64,000 bases of DNA from Laetmonice hystrix (lineage: Eukaryota): NCBI GenBank assembly GCA_965235115.1, contig OZ249436.1:5458001-5522000 (forward strand), read 5' to 3'. Under the pieces are notes generated by a model. That model was given only the letters and a program-made list of their open reading frames with translations. It did not search any database and was not told the DNA's origin. This document shows positions 25,967-39,712 of this stretch, piece by piece; position 1 is the first letter of the stretch, and every line of letters starts with the position of its first letter. Both the position numbers and the translations under genes were made by a program.

Positions 25967-27512
25967 TGAGACCAATTTATAGCGGCACTTCTATGAATGT
26001 TGGTTTAATTATATCGATCTAACTGTCGAGGTGACACGGCGAGTTCATTTTGGTGCCTTCTGAAGAATTTCGATTAGAGTAAATTTTAATAACCGGTCCG
26101 CGGTGTCATGCCTACTTGTGTTTCGTTCATTCAATCATGGTCTCAGTGTGAAAATACTGGAAGCCTGTTACTTTACTTTAGTCCCGTTCGAATCGATACC
26201 CTGCTTCACTCGAATGTTTTTCCGCATCTCCGATTTCGTTGTTACATTGCAAATGAAAATCCCTTTGTTGTTGCATGGATCCAGCCGGTACCACTATTAC
26301 AGATATCATGTAAGGTGTTTGTCTATGAGAACCTTACACAACAGTTGAACGGTGGCTGAGACCCTTTACCGACCGAAACTCGCATCCTGAAACAAGCGGA
26401 AACAACCTTCACCCAGGAGCCATAATAGAAAGGGGGAACCCAAAATAATTATGTCAACGTTTTCTCAAATGTCAACATGACCTCTTAACATAAGGTAGGG
26501 CATGATTTAAAAAAGCTTTTCGATATGAAGACCCCCCCCCCCCCAGCAGGTTCACAAATGAGATTTTTCCCCTCTCTTACCACACCTACAGACTAGCTGG
26601 TGTGGTAGGTCCCACACAAATGTAAGCATTTCTTCTGTATAACCGAGCGTAGATATCTCCTGACGTCATCGCTTTTACACCGAATCTATGGGATATATGA
26701 GGTTAGTAAAATAATGTAATGAGTGATGGGGATACAATATTCACATTTCTGCCCCAAATGACAATAAACCATTTTCAGGTTAAAACCCTTCCTGTAGAAG
26801 TGATATGGAACTTCTATGTGCGGAGAGAAAGGCTTTCTCTGCTCGAATAAGAGTACTTTTACCGGGCACAAATGTACATATCACATTCACTACTATATTT
26901 ATCTGTGCCTGTGCTGCCCTGTTTCAGGCCAACGATCTGGAACTTCAATTACCAGGGGATATGAGTAGAATAAGGCTCTGAAACAGGCGATCTCAGTATC
27001 CTCAGTGCCGCTTCAACCAAACAAGGCTGGAATCCCGCGGGAGCGTGCGGCCTGCGGTCAGCTTCATATATAGAGATATCGACCTGACAGGTAGATCTCA
27101 TTCGTACTTCATGACAAGTAGACCATCCATAGAATGAGCGGGGTTCCCAGTATACTAGCTGACATCAGGACAGAAAGGCTAGCGTTTCAATGAGACATCT
27201 GCCAATAGGTAGGACTCGCTTAAAGCGACAGTCTCGTCCGCTAGACCATGCTCGCAGCCACCTAGTGGCCTATTTGATAAATACGACCTCCTATGCTGTG
27301 GCATATAGGAACTGACGTCTATAAATAGCACATCGTAGGATGGCCTCCCTATTGCACACTGCTGAAGGTTAGCTAGGTCGCTGACAGTATGTCCTAATGA
27401 TTGCTATGTTATCTATGTGTCATACGGTTACATTTTTCCTGGGAGTAGGGGCCTATACATGTGTAGGCCCTACCGACCATTCGAGGGTAATAAATCACTG
27501 GCCAATGTCCTG

Positions 27513-27731
27513 GGGGTGTTTCACTAACGTTTACTTGTCCGACCGGGTCGGACCGTCCGTCAGACGAAAAGTCGGAATGGTCACGGACAATGCCCGTGAG
27601 GTGTTTCACTAACGTGGTCCGTGCGTATTCCGACCGGGTCCGACCGGGTCGGACAGTTTAGTGAAACACTTTTTTAAACTGGGTCCGTCGTCCGGTCGGA
27701 CTGTCCGTCGCCGTTAGTGACCCCCCCCCCC
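27513..27731. mobile_element. Small palindromic MITE, Harbinger-like
   Basis: GGGGTGTTTCACTAACG ... CGTTAGTGACCCC, with internal inverted TCACTAA/TTAGTGA and CCGAC/GTCGG motifs; CTG on both sides. Confidence 0.65.
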
Positions 27732-27948
27732 CTGCTCCTCCCACTGAATGACGCGTTGGGTCACATGACCACTTATTGGTAAATTCAAATTGGCAAACAC
27801 ACAGAGAACATAGATTTTCTGTCATATATATATGAAAAGGGGGTTGGTTAATTGCATCTTCTGCATTTAATAGAACAGTTTTGAAGTGTCTGTTCTCTGT
27901 CTCTGGTTATTCTGCAAACATTTGAAAAATGGGGCGGAGACCTGTCGC

Positions 27949-28202
27949 CATGGGCGTCGCGGGGGAGGCAAGGGGGGCCCATTGCCCCTGAAACATAAGA
28001 GAAAAAAATGAAATGTATTAACGTGTATTAAAATCAACGTGAAAGGCCAATGTGATTGGCTCTGCCATCCATATCACGTTGTGTGCGCCCCCCCCCCAAA
28101 AATCAACGTGAAAGGCCAATGTGATTGGCTCTGCCATCCATATCACGTTGTGTGCGCCCCCCCCCCCCCCCCCCCGGAAAAGAAATCCAAGCGTTGCCCA
28201 TG
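27949..28202. mobile_element. hAT-type MITE with 8-bp TSD
   Basis: CATGGGCGTCGC ... GCGTTGCCCATG; TSD CCTGTCGC/CCTGTCAC; internal ~68-bp duplication. Confidence 0.8.
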
Positions 28203-28587
28203 CCTGTCACATTTGTTGCGCTCCTGACTATTTATAGTCAGGGTTCCCCTTTTAACCTGGTCAAGCCACCCTAACTTGGTCAAGCCACCCTATCCTGGTC
28301 AAGCCACTTTAACATTGTCCAGCCTATATCAGTTTCATATTTATTGATTGAATTGTCTCTGCTTGTTATTTCATGTGAAGGTCGGACGATGGGAAAAGGA
28401 GCTAAGAAGATCCATGTCATTCTTAGCGCCTGCTGAAGATGCGATACAAGAAACCACCTGTGAACGCTCCTTTTGGAGACTTTCTGTGTAGTTTCAACAG
28501 CAACAGACAATACTGTCCGTATGTATCAATACATCAAGTGATCTAGACTTCCAACTACTTCCGGCTTTATTTGATAAACATACTATC

Positions 28588-29577
28588 ATGGATGACGAAA
28601 TGGTATGGAATTTGAAGATTGCTTATTATGTTATTGCTCCGCCCCTTGTTATTCTGATTTTCGCGACTAATATTCTCATATTGGTGGTGATATTTAACAC
28701 AGAGACACTTCGTGTGAGAACTAACGTGTTTGTGTCCAGCTGGGCAATCTGTGACCTGCTCATGGGATTCATCTTATTGGCACATGTCGGAGTTCTTGCT
28801 GTAAAAGGTTTAACCCATGTGACGTCACAGAACGAACAAATAGACAGCGGCCTTGGACAGAACTCTACAGGCCCAGAAACCACCTCTACTGGTAACCTAT
28901 ATCTGTGTGTGTTCTGGGCGGTCTTACAACTCGTTCCTGTTCTGGTGTCCTGTCTACACTGGGTGATTTTAGCCTTCGACCGGATGCTGGCCATCATTGA
29001 TGCTGTCCACTACGAAGAACGACTTACGTGCAAGCGTCTCAAGTACTACGTTCTCTCTGTGTGGCTTTACGGCATAGTTTGGACCATGATTCCGTTTGTC
29101 TGGCATAACAACGTTACCAGCAGCAACGGCACTCAGGCATGTAACCTGAGCATGGTACTGTCCAAGTATTACTTCCTCCTGATCGCCATTCTATATTTCC
29201 TTCCATGTTTGCTGATAACGGCGGGTATATTTACGAAGATGTTTGTCCACGTGCGCGCGCACCAGCGTCAGGTACACGTGACCCACACTATGACGCAGGA
29301 CAAGTTACTCGAAGATTTCGAAGTGGCACGGACATACCTCATGGTTTTCCTCTGTTCCGTCGTCTTCTGGAGCCCTTTCTTCATTTGCTCTCTGGTTGGA
29401 GTTGCGCAGGATTTCCCGATGTCCCTCCAAACTGCGCTCAGTGCATGTATGCTGGCCGGCGTCGCATGCAGTGGACTAAAACTACCTATTTACGTCTTTG
29501 CACATAAAGCTTTTCGAAAGGCATTTAAAGAGGTTTTCGAAAAGAAGAACCAACATGGATTGCGCCACCGGTATTAA
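28588..29577 (+). CDS. Class A (rhodopsin-like) GPCR, intronless CDS, 329 aa, ligand unknown
   Basis: Seven hydrophobic segments; TM1 N, TM2 WAICD, TM3 C and DRM, TM4 W, TM5 P, TM6 FWSPF, TM7 KLPIY, helix 8 FRKAF. Confidence 0.95.
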   Translation: MDDEMVWNLKIAYYVIAPPLVILIFATNILILVVIFNTETLRVRTNVFVSSWAICDLLMGFILLAHVGVLAVKGLTHVTSQNEQIDSGLGQNSTGPETTSTGNLYLCVFWAVLQLVPVLVSCLHWVILAFDRMLAIIDAVHYEERLTCKRLKYYVLSVWLYGIVWTMIPFVWHNNVTSSNGTQACNLSMVLSKYYFLLIAILYFLPCLLITAGIFTKMFVHVRAHQRQVHVTHTMTQDKLLEDFEVARTYLMVFLCSVVFWSPFFICSLVGVAQDFPMSLQTALSACMLAGVACSGLKLPIYVFAHKAFRKAFKEVFEKKNQHGLRHRY

Positions 29578-30299
29578 GAGAGACGCAGAGAGCTAGAAGG
29601 ACGACAGAACGAAAGTGTTCCATGTTCGACCTATTGCCTATTGACAGTATTTTTCTGAACGACCCAAACCTTGTGCCCCTTGAGTTAAGAAGCCAATCTG
29701 CGGGAGTGAGCCCTTATTATGTCACGTATATATCCTTTATATGTAGTATATCTATTAACGTGTTGTGTTATATAACGTGTTGTGTTATATTTTATCGCGT
29801 GCTATGCAGTAGCAATCCATCACGCTTGTGGTACGTATTGCGCTATGGCATTACGACTAACAAAAAGTAGGCCTATGCCTTTCCACACGGATTTTCTAAA
29901 GTATATGACCTATAGCGTTGGAGGATTGATGTTTTGAATGCCAACTATGTGCCAATCATAATATTAAAAAGCCAGTGATATGTGCAAATTAGCTCTCCAT
30001 AACATCGAAGTTTTATAGGAAGTGATTTTGCGGAAATGGCGTATGTTGTCTTATTGGTAACAATAGTTGTAGGTATAGGAGAATCAAACTATATATTTGT
30101 ATTCGTAGAGCTATGTGACATCGTGAATGTGACTTAATGTCATATCACCAATATACGTCAGCCGCTATACATTATATTACTAATAAGTGGAAGGCCAACG
30201 AATTATATATATTGTGTACATTATGTTATATGACTATAGGTCCACTAAAATACATCAGCCTAACCGCCCCATCGTGAAGACAAATAAACTATGGTAAAA

Positions 30300-31577
30300 C
30301 TACGTCATTCTGTGTGATGATGTGTTAGAACTCACCCTACACTGTATGTCGTCCAACAAGCTGGGTTATATCTATGTGATGATGTGTTAGAACTCACCCT
30401 ACACTGTATGTCGTCCAACAAGCTGGGTTATATCACTATCAACACTTTCCCATCACTGCGTCATTCTGTGTGATGATGTGTTAGAACTCACCCTACACTG
30501 TATGTCGTCCAACAAGCTGGGTTATATCAGTGTCAGCACTTTCCCATCACTACGTCATTCTGTGTGATGATGTGTTAGAACTCACCCTACACTGTATGTC
30601 GTCCAACAAGCTGGGTTATATCAGTCTCAGCACTTTCCCATCACTGCGTCATTCTGTGTGATGATGTGTTAGAACTCAGTCTACACTGTATGAGAACTCA
30701 GTCTACACTGTATGTCGTCCAACAAGCTGGGTTATATCTGTGTGATGATGTGTTAGAACTCACCCTACACTGTATGTCGTCCAACAAGCTGGGTTATATC
30801 ACTATCAACACTTTCCCATCACTACGTCATTCTGTGTGATGATGTGTTAGAACTCACCCTACACTGTATGTCGTCCAATAAGCTGGGTTATATCACTATC
30901 GACACTTTCCCATCACTACGTCATTCTGTGTGATGATGTGTTAGAACTCACCCTACACTGTATGTCGTCCAACAAGCTGGGTTATATCTGTGTAATGATG
31001 TGTTAGAACTCACCCTACACTGTATGTCGTCCAACAAGCTGGGTTATATCACTATCAACACTTTCCCATCACTGCGTCATTCTGTGTGATGATGTGTTAG
31101 AACTCACCCTACACTGTATGTCGTCCAACAAGCTGGGTTATGTCAGTCTCAACACTTTCCCATCACTACGTCATTCTGTGTGATGATGCCGTGTTAGAAC
31201 TCACCCTACACTGTATGTCGTCCAACAAGCTGGGTTATATCTGTGTGATGATGTGTTAGAACTCACCCTACACTGTATGTCGTCCAACAAGCTGGGTTAT
31301 ATCACTATCAACACTTTCCCATCACTGCGTCATTCTGTGTGATGATGTGTTAGAACTCACCCTACACTGTATGTCGTCCAACAAGCTGGGTTATGTCAGT
31401 CTCAACACTTTCCCATCACTACGTCATTCTGTGTGATGATGCCGTGTTAGAACTCACCCTACACTGTATGTCGTCCAACAAGCTGGGTTATATCTGTGTG
31501 ATGATGTGTTAGAACTCACCCTACACTGTATGACGTCCAACAAGCTGGGTTATATCAGTCTCAGCACTTTCCCATCT
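30300..31577. repeat. Minisatellite with mixed 62-bp and 94-bp units
   Basis: Core TGTGATGATGTGTTAGAACTCACCCTACACTGTATGTCGTCCAACAAGCTGGGTTATATC with or without a ~32-bp extension. Confidence 0.95.
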
Positions 31578-32030
31578 TATAGAAGTCTCATGCAATGCAA
31601 TTAACACAGGTCGACGGCGCAAACAGGAATATTATCCTCTTCATGTATTTAGTCAATAAAATAACGGATGTAGGAGTGCGCTATAGATTACCTGTGTCAA
31701 CAATCAGGAACCTCCTGCTCGAAGCTTTCAATCCCATGCCTGATTGGGTTATACGCCAGCTGTTGGTCTGTTGGCGTCCCTAGCGTCCTTCGGTCGTAGA
31801 TTACCGTGCGTTCTAAGGTTGCCTGATGTCTCCTCCGTCCTCCGTGTCATCCAATCGGACTGCGATCCTGACTGCATGTCCGTCACTATAGGACCCGGGC
31901 AATGTTCCCGTAAACACTGCGCTCAATGTTCCCGTAAACACTGCGCTCAATGTGAGTGTCGTTTACGTCCATTGACACGGTTAAGATGTGGTTTAAGAAA
32001 ATACTGAAACGTTGAAGAAGGAGCCATTTA

Positions 32031-33532
32031 CAGGGATGAAAGTTTTCAGGAAATTTCCTGAAATCAGGAAATTTGAAAAAATCCCCCCCCCCCCCAAGAA
32101 ATAACACCCAAAAAAGGAAATAGGCCTAGATCTATAGGCAAAAGAGGTAGGCCCTAGGCCTAAGCCAAGGCTAAGTATTGCCCTGGACTGTGTGGTGGGC
32201 AATTTTATTTGTTAATATCAAATGGAACAATATCCCCTTCCAGGACGTTTTTTTACACCATGCAGCTCAATATATCTCTACCTGCCAAAGTTCGTTTATA
32301 GATGGGGATATTAGAGTGTCTCAAACCCGTCCAGTGTCACGGGTGCCGCCGTGCATAGGCCGGTCTGCCGGGGGTGCTGGGCTGCTGCCCGCGGTCCCTG
32401 TAGCTGTGGTCACATCGCTCACAGAGACCAGCCCGCGTGGGCTGACTTCTACCGGCACGCGGTGGCGTCTGTCCCGTCTGGCAGGCACGGCCCCGTGTCG
32501 CTGTGGTGAGAGCGACTCACCTCAGGTAATGACTTCAGGCAAAACTGATGGTCAGGCAGCTGCGAAGCCCGTTGATTCAGGCTTGCCATTATGCCATATC
32601 CATGCGCGAGTTTTGCCTGAGCGCTCACTTAGTGATAGCAACGAGACTATAGACAGACCGGTCTGTCTAGTCCCGGTGATAGTGATTAGGCTGACGAACT
32701 ACGCACCATCACAATGTCACTCCTCACAGGAAACTGGGTCAATTTAGTTCCATGAATCTGCCTAGTATATATGTCAGTAAGTTCTCATAATGTTTTCTTG
32801 CATATATAAATTTGAGGATAATGGCATTACGTAAGTGGTTTTCACTGAAGTTTTGGGGTTGTCAGGACTTTTCATTACATTTGTCGATCAGTGCAGGTGT
32901 CCTGGTAAGACCGGAAGTGACAATTATTCACAACATGAGTGGCACATGGACACACGGGCTGAACCACTCGACTCAGCGACTGTGTTGCTTGGCTGAGAGC
33001 CGCTGAGGGTCGTGACTGCTGAGGGTCAAGACTGATGGACAGCCTGTGTGGTCAGTCTAACACATGGAAGCTGTTTGACAAGTAATCGGGTGCATTTTGG
33101 ACGCTAAAAGCCGACTGGATTCCAATGTTGGAGAGAGACGGCAGAGCCAGGCAGAGGTTGACGACTGAGTGACAGGCAAGCAACAGCCTTGAACATGGAC
33201 AGGGGCATGGACTGATGAGTGATGGAGTCTATCCAGCAAATTTGCAGGGGTTGGGGGGTGGGGGGGGGGTGGGGGGGGGGTGGGGTGGGGTGGGGTCGGG
33301 GGGGGGGTGGCGACTAAATACTGAGGGCTAGGCCCTATAATATATAATAGCTAGGAGGCCTTATCGGATCATGATTGTCTGCTGTTCCTAGCCTGACTTT
33401 TTTTAAGGGGGGGGGGGGTAAGCCTTGGATGTGCGCATGAACAAATATTAATTATGGACATTGCCCCCCCCCCCCCCGTTCCCCCCCGGTCAGAATTTCA
33501 GGAAATTTTACAGCTGGCCACTTTCATCCCTG
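32031..33532. mobile_element. hAT-like non-autonomous element with 6-bp TSD
   Basis: TIR CAGGGATGAAAG ... CTTTCATCCCTG; subterminal TCAGGAAATTT repeats; CATTTA on both sides. Confidence 0.85.
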
Positions 33533-33654
33533 CATTTAAATCTTGGGGGTTGGGCCTAAATAAAAGATTCATTGCTTCGCATTAGAATGATCGACACGAG
33601 GTAGACTTGTCCAACTAATCTGCAGAGGACAGCAATATGAGGCTCGATAACGGG

Positions 33655-35303
33655 CCAGTCAACATGTTCTACTTGCTTTCTGTCCTTATTGATGCCAGAC
33701 AACATGTTCTACTTGTTTTGTTTTCTGTCCGTATTGATGCCAGTCAACATGTTCTACTTGTTTTCTGTCCTTATTAATGCCAGTCAACATGTTCTACTTG
33801 TTTTCTGTCCGTATCGATGCCAGTCAACATGTTCTACTTGTTTTGTTTTCTGTCCGTATCGATGCCATTCAACATGTTCTACATGTTTTGTGTTCTATCC
33901 GTATTGATGCCAGTCAACATGATTTGTTCTACTTGTTTTGTTTTCTGTCTGTATTGATGCCAGTCAACATGTTCTACTTGTTTTGTTTTCTGTCCGTATC
34001 GATGCCAGTCAACATGTTCTACTTGTTTTGTGTTTTATCCGCATTGATGCCAGTCAACATGTTCTACTTGTTTTGTTTTCTGTCCGTATTGATGCCAGTC
34101 AACATGTTCTACTTGTTTTGTTTTCTGTCCGTATTGATGCCAGTCAACATGTTCTACTTGTTTTGTTTTCTGTCCGTATTGATGCCAGTCAACATGTTCT
34201 ACTTGTTTTGTTTTCTGTCCGTATTGATGCCAGTCAACATGTTCTACTTGTTTTGTTTTCTGTCCGTATTGATGCCAGTCAACATGTTCTACTTGTTTTC
34301 TGTCCGTATCGATGCCAGTCAACATGTTCTACTTGTTTTGTTTTCTGTCCGTATTGATGCCAGTCAACATGTTCTACTTGTTTTGTTTTCTGTCCGTATT
34401 GATGCCAGTCAACATGTTCTACTTGTTTTGTTTTCTGTCCGTATTGATGCCAGACAACATGTTCTACTTGTTTTGTTTTCTGTCCGTATTGATGCCAGAC
34501 AACATGTTCTACTTGTTTTGTTTTCTGTCCGTATCGATGCCAGTCAACATGTTCTACTTGTTTTGTTTTCTGTCCGTATCGATGCCAGTCAACATGTTCT
34601 ACTTGTTTTGTTTTCTGCCCGTATTGATGCCAGTCAACATGTTCTACTTGTTTTGTTTTCTGTCTGTATTGATGCCAGTCAACATGTTCTACTTGTTTTG
34701 TTTTCTGTCCGTATTGATGTCAGTCAACATGTTCTACTTGTTTTCTGTCTGTATTGATGCCAGTCAACATGTTCTACTTGTTTTGTTTTCTGTCCGTATT
34801 GATGCCAGTCAACATGTTCTACTTGTTTTGTTTTCTGTCTGTATTGATGCGAGTCAACATGTTCTACTTGTTTTGTTTTCTGTCCGTATTGATGCCAGTC
34901 AGCATGTTCTACTTGTTTTGTTTTCTGTCCGTATTGATGTCAGTCAACATGTTCTACTTGTTTTCTGTCCGTATCGATGCCAGTCAACATGTTCTACTTG
35001 TTTTGTTTTCTGTCTGTATTGATGCCAGTCAACATGTTCTACTTGTTTTGTTTTCTGTCCGTATTGATGTCAGTCAACATGTTCTACTTGTTTTGTTTTC
35101 TGTCCGTATTGATGCCAGACAACATGTTCTACTTGTTTTGTTTTCTGTCTGTATTGATGCCAGTCAACATGTTCTACTTGTTTTGTTTTCTGTCCGTATT
35201 GATGCCAGTCAACATGTTCTACTTGTTTTGTTTTCTGTCCGTATTGATGCCAGTAAACATGTTCTACTTGTTTTGTTTTCTGTCCGTATTGATGCCAGTC
35301 AAC
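33655..35303. repeat. 45-bp (40-bp variant) minisatellite
   Basis: TGATGCCAGTCAACATGTTCTACTTGTTTTGTTTTCTGTCCGTAT, about 37 copies. Confidence 0.97.
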
Positions 35304-37393
35304 CCGTCCAGGTTCATGTATTCTACATTGGCCCCCGCTGACGTAGCCACCTAATCGCCATTATTAAAAAAAAAAACGTTGGCAAATGCGATTTTTATTC
35401 CGATATTTGGTAATTCGATTCCACTTCAGTTATCTCAGGGTCCCCTTCAGGTTAACGGTGCTATTTCTTTTTATAAGAAATTGTCATCGCTACGGTTTTG
35501 AATTGGGGAAGCAAATACCAACTCGAACAGCTTTTCTTCTTGGAGGGAAACCGTATACGTACTACTCCAGGCACACGTCCGCGTCTTCTATGATGTCGTC
35601 AAAAATCGGAGCCGGGCAGAGTCCGTAGATTATGCCTACTAAAGTAGGATGGTGACCTTTGTTTATCAGCGCTTCAGATCGGAATGACGACAAGCTTCAC
35701 CGGCGGGAAATGAAGGCACAAGAGGTAGGTGTTCGACCTTTACTCAGGGTCGAGAGCCTCGTTTTCATCGTTTTCTGATAATTGTAGACCTACAGAAAGT
35801 CCACAACGTTCTTCTCTACCTATTTTTGTTATCTCCTTAGTATGCAGTGCCAATTTATTTATTGAAGAACAAGTTGCCCTGCCTCTGTTATTATTTGCTT
35901 CATTAGAACGGGTAGAATTTAAATATTACAGTCGGTCCGCCCAGCATATTCATATACAAGGTGAGCTTTGTTGACTGCCGGCTGGCGAGCTGGGTGCTGG
36001 AGACTACCCACGTGTTGGGGGCAGCACATGGTTTGACCACAGGCAGCCAGCTCTGCCGGCCACTGTCACTGAACCTGTACACACTGGTTTGAATGACGGG
36101 CCCCTCGCGTCCCCCATTGGCCGGTATTGGGTTACGTCAGCACTGGGCCAACCCCCACTGTTAATGAGACCCCGCCCCGGGCTCGAGTTATCGCGGACAG
36201 ACTGTAATGGTCCGCAAAGATACGCGATCTCACTCGGAACATCAGTGCCTTGAAGCCATGCCCGGAATGGAAAGGTCAATCAACCAGCTCGCCCCTCGGG
36301 ATTTTTAAAACAAGACAATGAGGAACATCAAATGACAACTGCCGTTGAACTTTGACAGTATCAAGGCAATCGTCACAGCGCCACAGCGAGTCTCTGTGGG
36401 ATTAGAAATTGGTGCCAGGTGATTAGGTGGGAATGGCAATCATTCGGAGTCTCAAGTCTCTCAACAGTCTCGAAGGTACTCCTCTCAATGAGAAACAGCA
36501 TAAATCCGAGTTGTAATTTCCGTTACGGCGGATATCGACGTCTTGATTTAAACTGTCACGTGATCATCTTCGTGCTATATTATCACCAGTGAACTCAATG
36601 TGGTGGGCTAGTGGTTTCATATCCTGTCGTAAACCCAATGCAGACATATTTCTGTGAAACGCCACGTATGATTTCAAATTCGTGAGATACTCCCTTTATG
36701 GACATTCATATTACATTCCCCTTTAAATTTTTAACAAACATTTAGAGGTTAAAAGATTTATAGTGGGTTATATTTCAGAGAGCAATAAAAATATAATACA
36801 AATACTGCGTTGGTTGACATGTGCACAGTTTATGCATAGATAAATAGATGGCAAAACTATACAACATTTGTGTTTAAGTACACAATTAAGGAATTTTGCG
36901 GCACTCATGGTTCTGGTAATAAAAACGGAAGAACATATCTTAATTGATTTAACGGGTAGAGATCATACATCTAGCCTTGCTGTACAAACAGCAGTTTGTG
37001 AACCCATTGGCAGTCCATCAAACGAGGCCAGGTGCGCCTGAACAGGTGTACCAGGAAAACAGCTGGCGGCAGCAGCAGCAGCAGCCTTCAAATATCCACA
37101 AGGTATGCGGTACACCATCGATCACCAAGTAACCCTTATTTTCTTGGTGTCAGTGACGCTCCGAGAAACCCCATACTCGGAGTATATCACACAAGTCATT
37201 GCGCTCACTGCATTGATTTTCTTTCGTTCGCTCTCTCTCTCTAAACGCGGAAAATTCCGACAGAGCATTTAAAAAGGCTTAGAGCCTGACCTGATCTATG
37301 CCCGGGAGAACACCCCCATTTTCATATACTACTACCATATGGCGCCAATGGTAACTTCTGGGCAGGGAGTTCTTACTTTGATTTGGACAACTA

Positions 37394-37875
37394 GGTGTTA
37401 CATAATCGGGACTATATTCACATTCACATATTCATTACTCCCACGTGTTACATAATCGGGACTCTATCTCACATTCACACATTCATGACTCCCACGTGTT
37501 ACGTAATCGAGTCTCCGTACACGCACATTCACACATTCATGATCCCCAGGTGTTACATAATCGAGTCTCTATTCACATTCACACATTCATGACTCCCAGG
37601 TGTTACATAATCGGGTCTCTATTCACCTTCACACATTCATGACCCCCCAGGTGTTACATAATCGGGTCTCTATTCACATTCACAATTCATGACTCCCAGG
37701 TGTTACATAATCGGGCCTCTATTCACATTCACACATTCATGACCCCCCAAGGTGTTACATAATCGAGTCTCTATTCACATTCACACAGTCATGACTCCCA
37801 CGTATTACATAATCGGGGTCTCTATTCACATTCATGATCCCCAGGTGTTACATAATCGGGACTCTATTCACATTC
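37394..37875. repeat. ~50-bp degenerate minisatellite
   Basis: GTGTTACATAATCGGGTCTCTATTCACATTCACACATTCATGACTCCCAG, about 10 copies. Confidence 0.93.
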
Positions 37876-38595
37876 TGGTGAGACATCCAATGTCCCAAAT
37901 CACTCAATAATACTAAAGATAAAAAATAGTAAGAAATTAAAAATGAACAGGTGGATCATTTTATTACGCACACCATTCAAATCAATCTTGTAACAATATT
38001 AAGCGACGCTATAATTTGATTGGAGTCACAGCACCTCTAAGCTGGGCACAATCCATTTAGAGAACAATCAAGTGTTCCTTCCGTGTACCGAGTACATTTT
38101 GCTGGAATCAATGGAATAACGGCCCTTCGTCAAACAGCTAGATTGGTTCATATAAAAAAAACCTTATGTTCGCATTTATTTCAAACAAAGTGGACAAATG
38201 CTGAGTTTGAGAGAATTCTCCTTAACATTAGCTCTCTCCATGTCCACGTTATCTAAATTATCAGGTGCCAACATAGAGAGCTTGCCTATGACTTGCATGA
38301 AAGGGGGGGGGGGAGCTATTACTTCTTTTTTGGGACTCGATTATATGGCAGCGATCTGCAGCAGAGTTTGTTGTCTACACGTATTTGCTTAATCATAATA
38401 TAGCTACGAGCAAGGTCGGAAAGCTGCCACTCTGTGGGGGGAGGGGGGGGGGCTGAAGATTATTTCAAGTGGCTAGGGGATGCATTTGTCAATTCAGTTG
38501 AAAAGGGATAGAAAGAGTCTTGTTTGCCCCCTTTTCTGCAGTTTGACATGTTCTCGGAGACCTTACGTTTCAGGTCGCAATGGGAGCGCCAGCGT

Positions 38596-39345
38596 GATCA
38601 CGGCTAGGTGTGACAGGGGTAGGCCTATTACAGCGGGACTACAAGGAGGCGCTAGCCTGGCTAGATCACGGCTAGGTGTGACAGGGGTATTACAGCGGGA
38701 CTACAAGGAGACGCTAGCGTGGCTAGATCGCGGCTAGGTGTGACAGGGGTATTACAGCGGGACTACAAGGAGACGCTAGCGTGGCTAGATCGCGGCTAGG
38801 TGTGACAGGGGTATTACAGCGGGACTACAAGGAGACGCTAGCGTGGCTAGATCACGGCTAGGTGTGACAGGGGTATTACAGCGGGACTACAAGGAGGCGC
38901 TAGCGTGGCTAGATCACGGCTAGGTGTGACAGGGGTATTACAGCGGGACTACAAGGTGGCGCTAGCGTGGCTAGATCACGGCTAGCTGTGACAGGGGTAT
39001 TACAGCGGGCTACAAGGAGGGTGGGACTACAAGGTGGCGCTAGCGTGATCGCGGCTAGGTGTGACAGGGGTATTACAGCGGGACTACAAGGAGACGCTGG
39101 CGTGGCTAGATCACGGCTAGGTGTGACAGGGGTATTACAGCGGGACTACAAGGTGGCGCTAGCGTGGCTAGATCACGGCTAGCTGTGACAGGGGTATTAC
39201 AGCGGGACTACAAGGAGGGTGGGACTACAAGGTGGCGCTAGCGTGATCGCGGCTAGGTGTGACAGGGGTATTACAGCGGGACTACAAGGTGGCGCTAGCG
39301 TGATCGCGGCTAGGTGTGACAGGGGTATTACAGCGGGAGTACAAC
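38596..39345. repeat. 62-bp minisatellite
   Basis: GGCTAGGTGTGACAGGGGTATTACAGCGGGACTACAAGG...GCTAGCGTGGCTAGATCAC, about 12 copies. Confidence 0.95.
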
Positions 39346-39544
39346 GAGGGGGCAGCGTGGCTAGCACGTGGCAACAGCGTGGCCGAATTTTGCAACATTT
39401 TTTCAGAATGTGACACTATGACTGGGGCAGTAGCCTACTTGGTTCATGTATTACTACTCCCTGATTTTATTGTTCATTCAATTTTTTGATTATTTATTTG
39501 CACTTTCAATTATAATCTTAATGAGGCAGTAGCCGATCGTCCTT

Positions 39545-39712
39545 CCACCATTTGACCATTAAGTTTGATGCAATCTGCCTCGTCTTTCTCTATCATTGTG
39601 CGGTATCGCTAATCATTCTCCTGAGAATATGAAAAAGTCTCTGATTCTCGGTTCCATATCTTTCAAATGTTTCGCCGTCTAATGGAGTGAGATCTGATGA
39701 GCGAAGTGGGAA
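39545..39712 (-). pseudogene. Degenerate mariner-like transposase C-terminal fragment
   Basis: EFPLRSSDLTPLD (compare WPPRSPDLTPLD) followed, across frameshifts, by CIKLNGQMVE (compare C-x3-NG-x-HFE). Confidence 0.65.

Noticed and set aside
29440..29500. GPCR as an opsin because of the TM7 lysine
   Set aside because: The Lys aligns to 7.49; the retinal-binding position 7.43 is Val.
30300..31577. CRISPR-like repeat/spacer pattern
   Set aside because: The apparent spacers are variants of one sequence or absent; no cas genes; intron-containing eukaryotic context.
33689..35354. Hydrophobic repetitive ORFs up to 326 aa
   Set aside because: Products of the 45-bp minisatellite; frames shift at the 40-bp variants.
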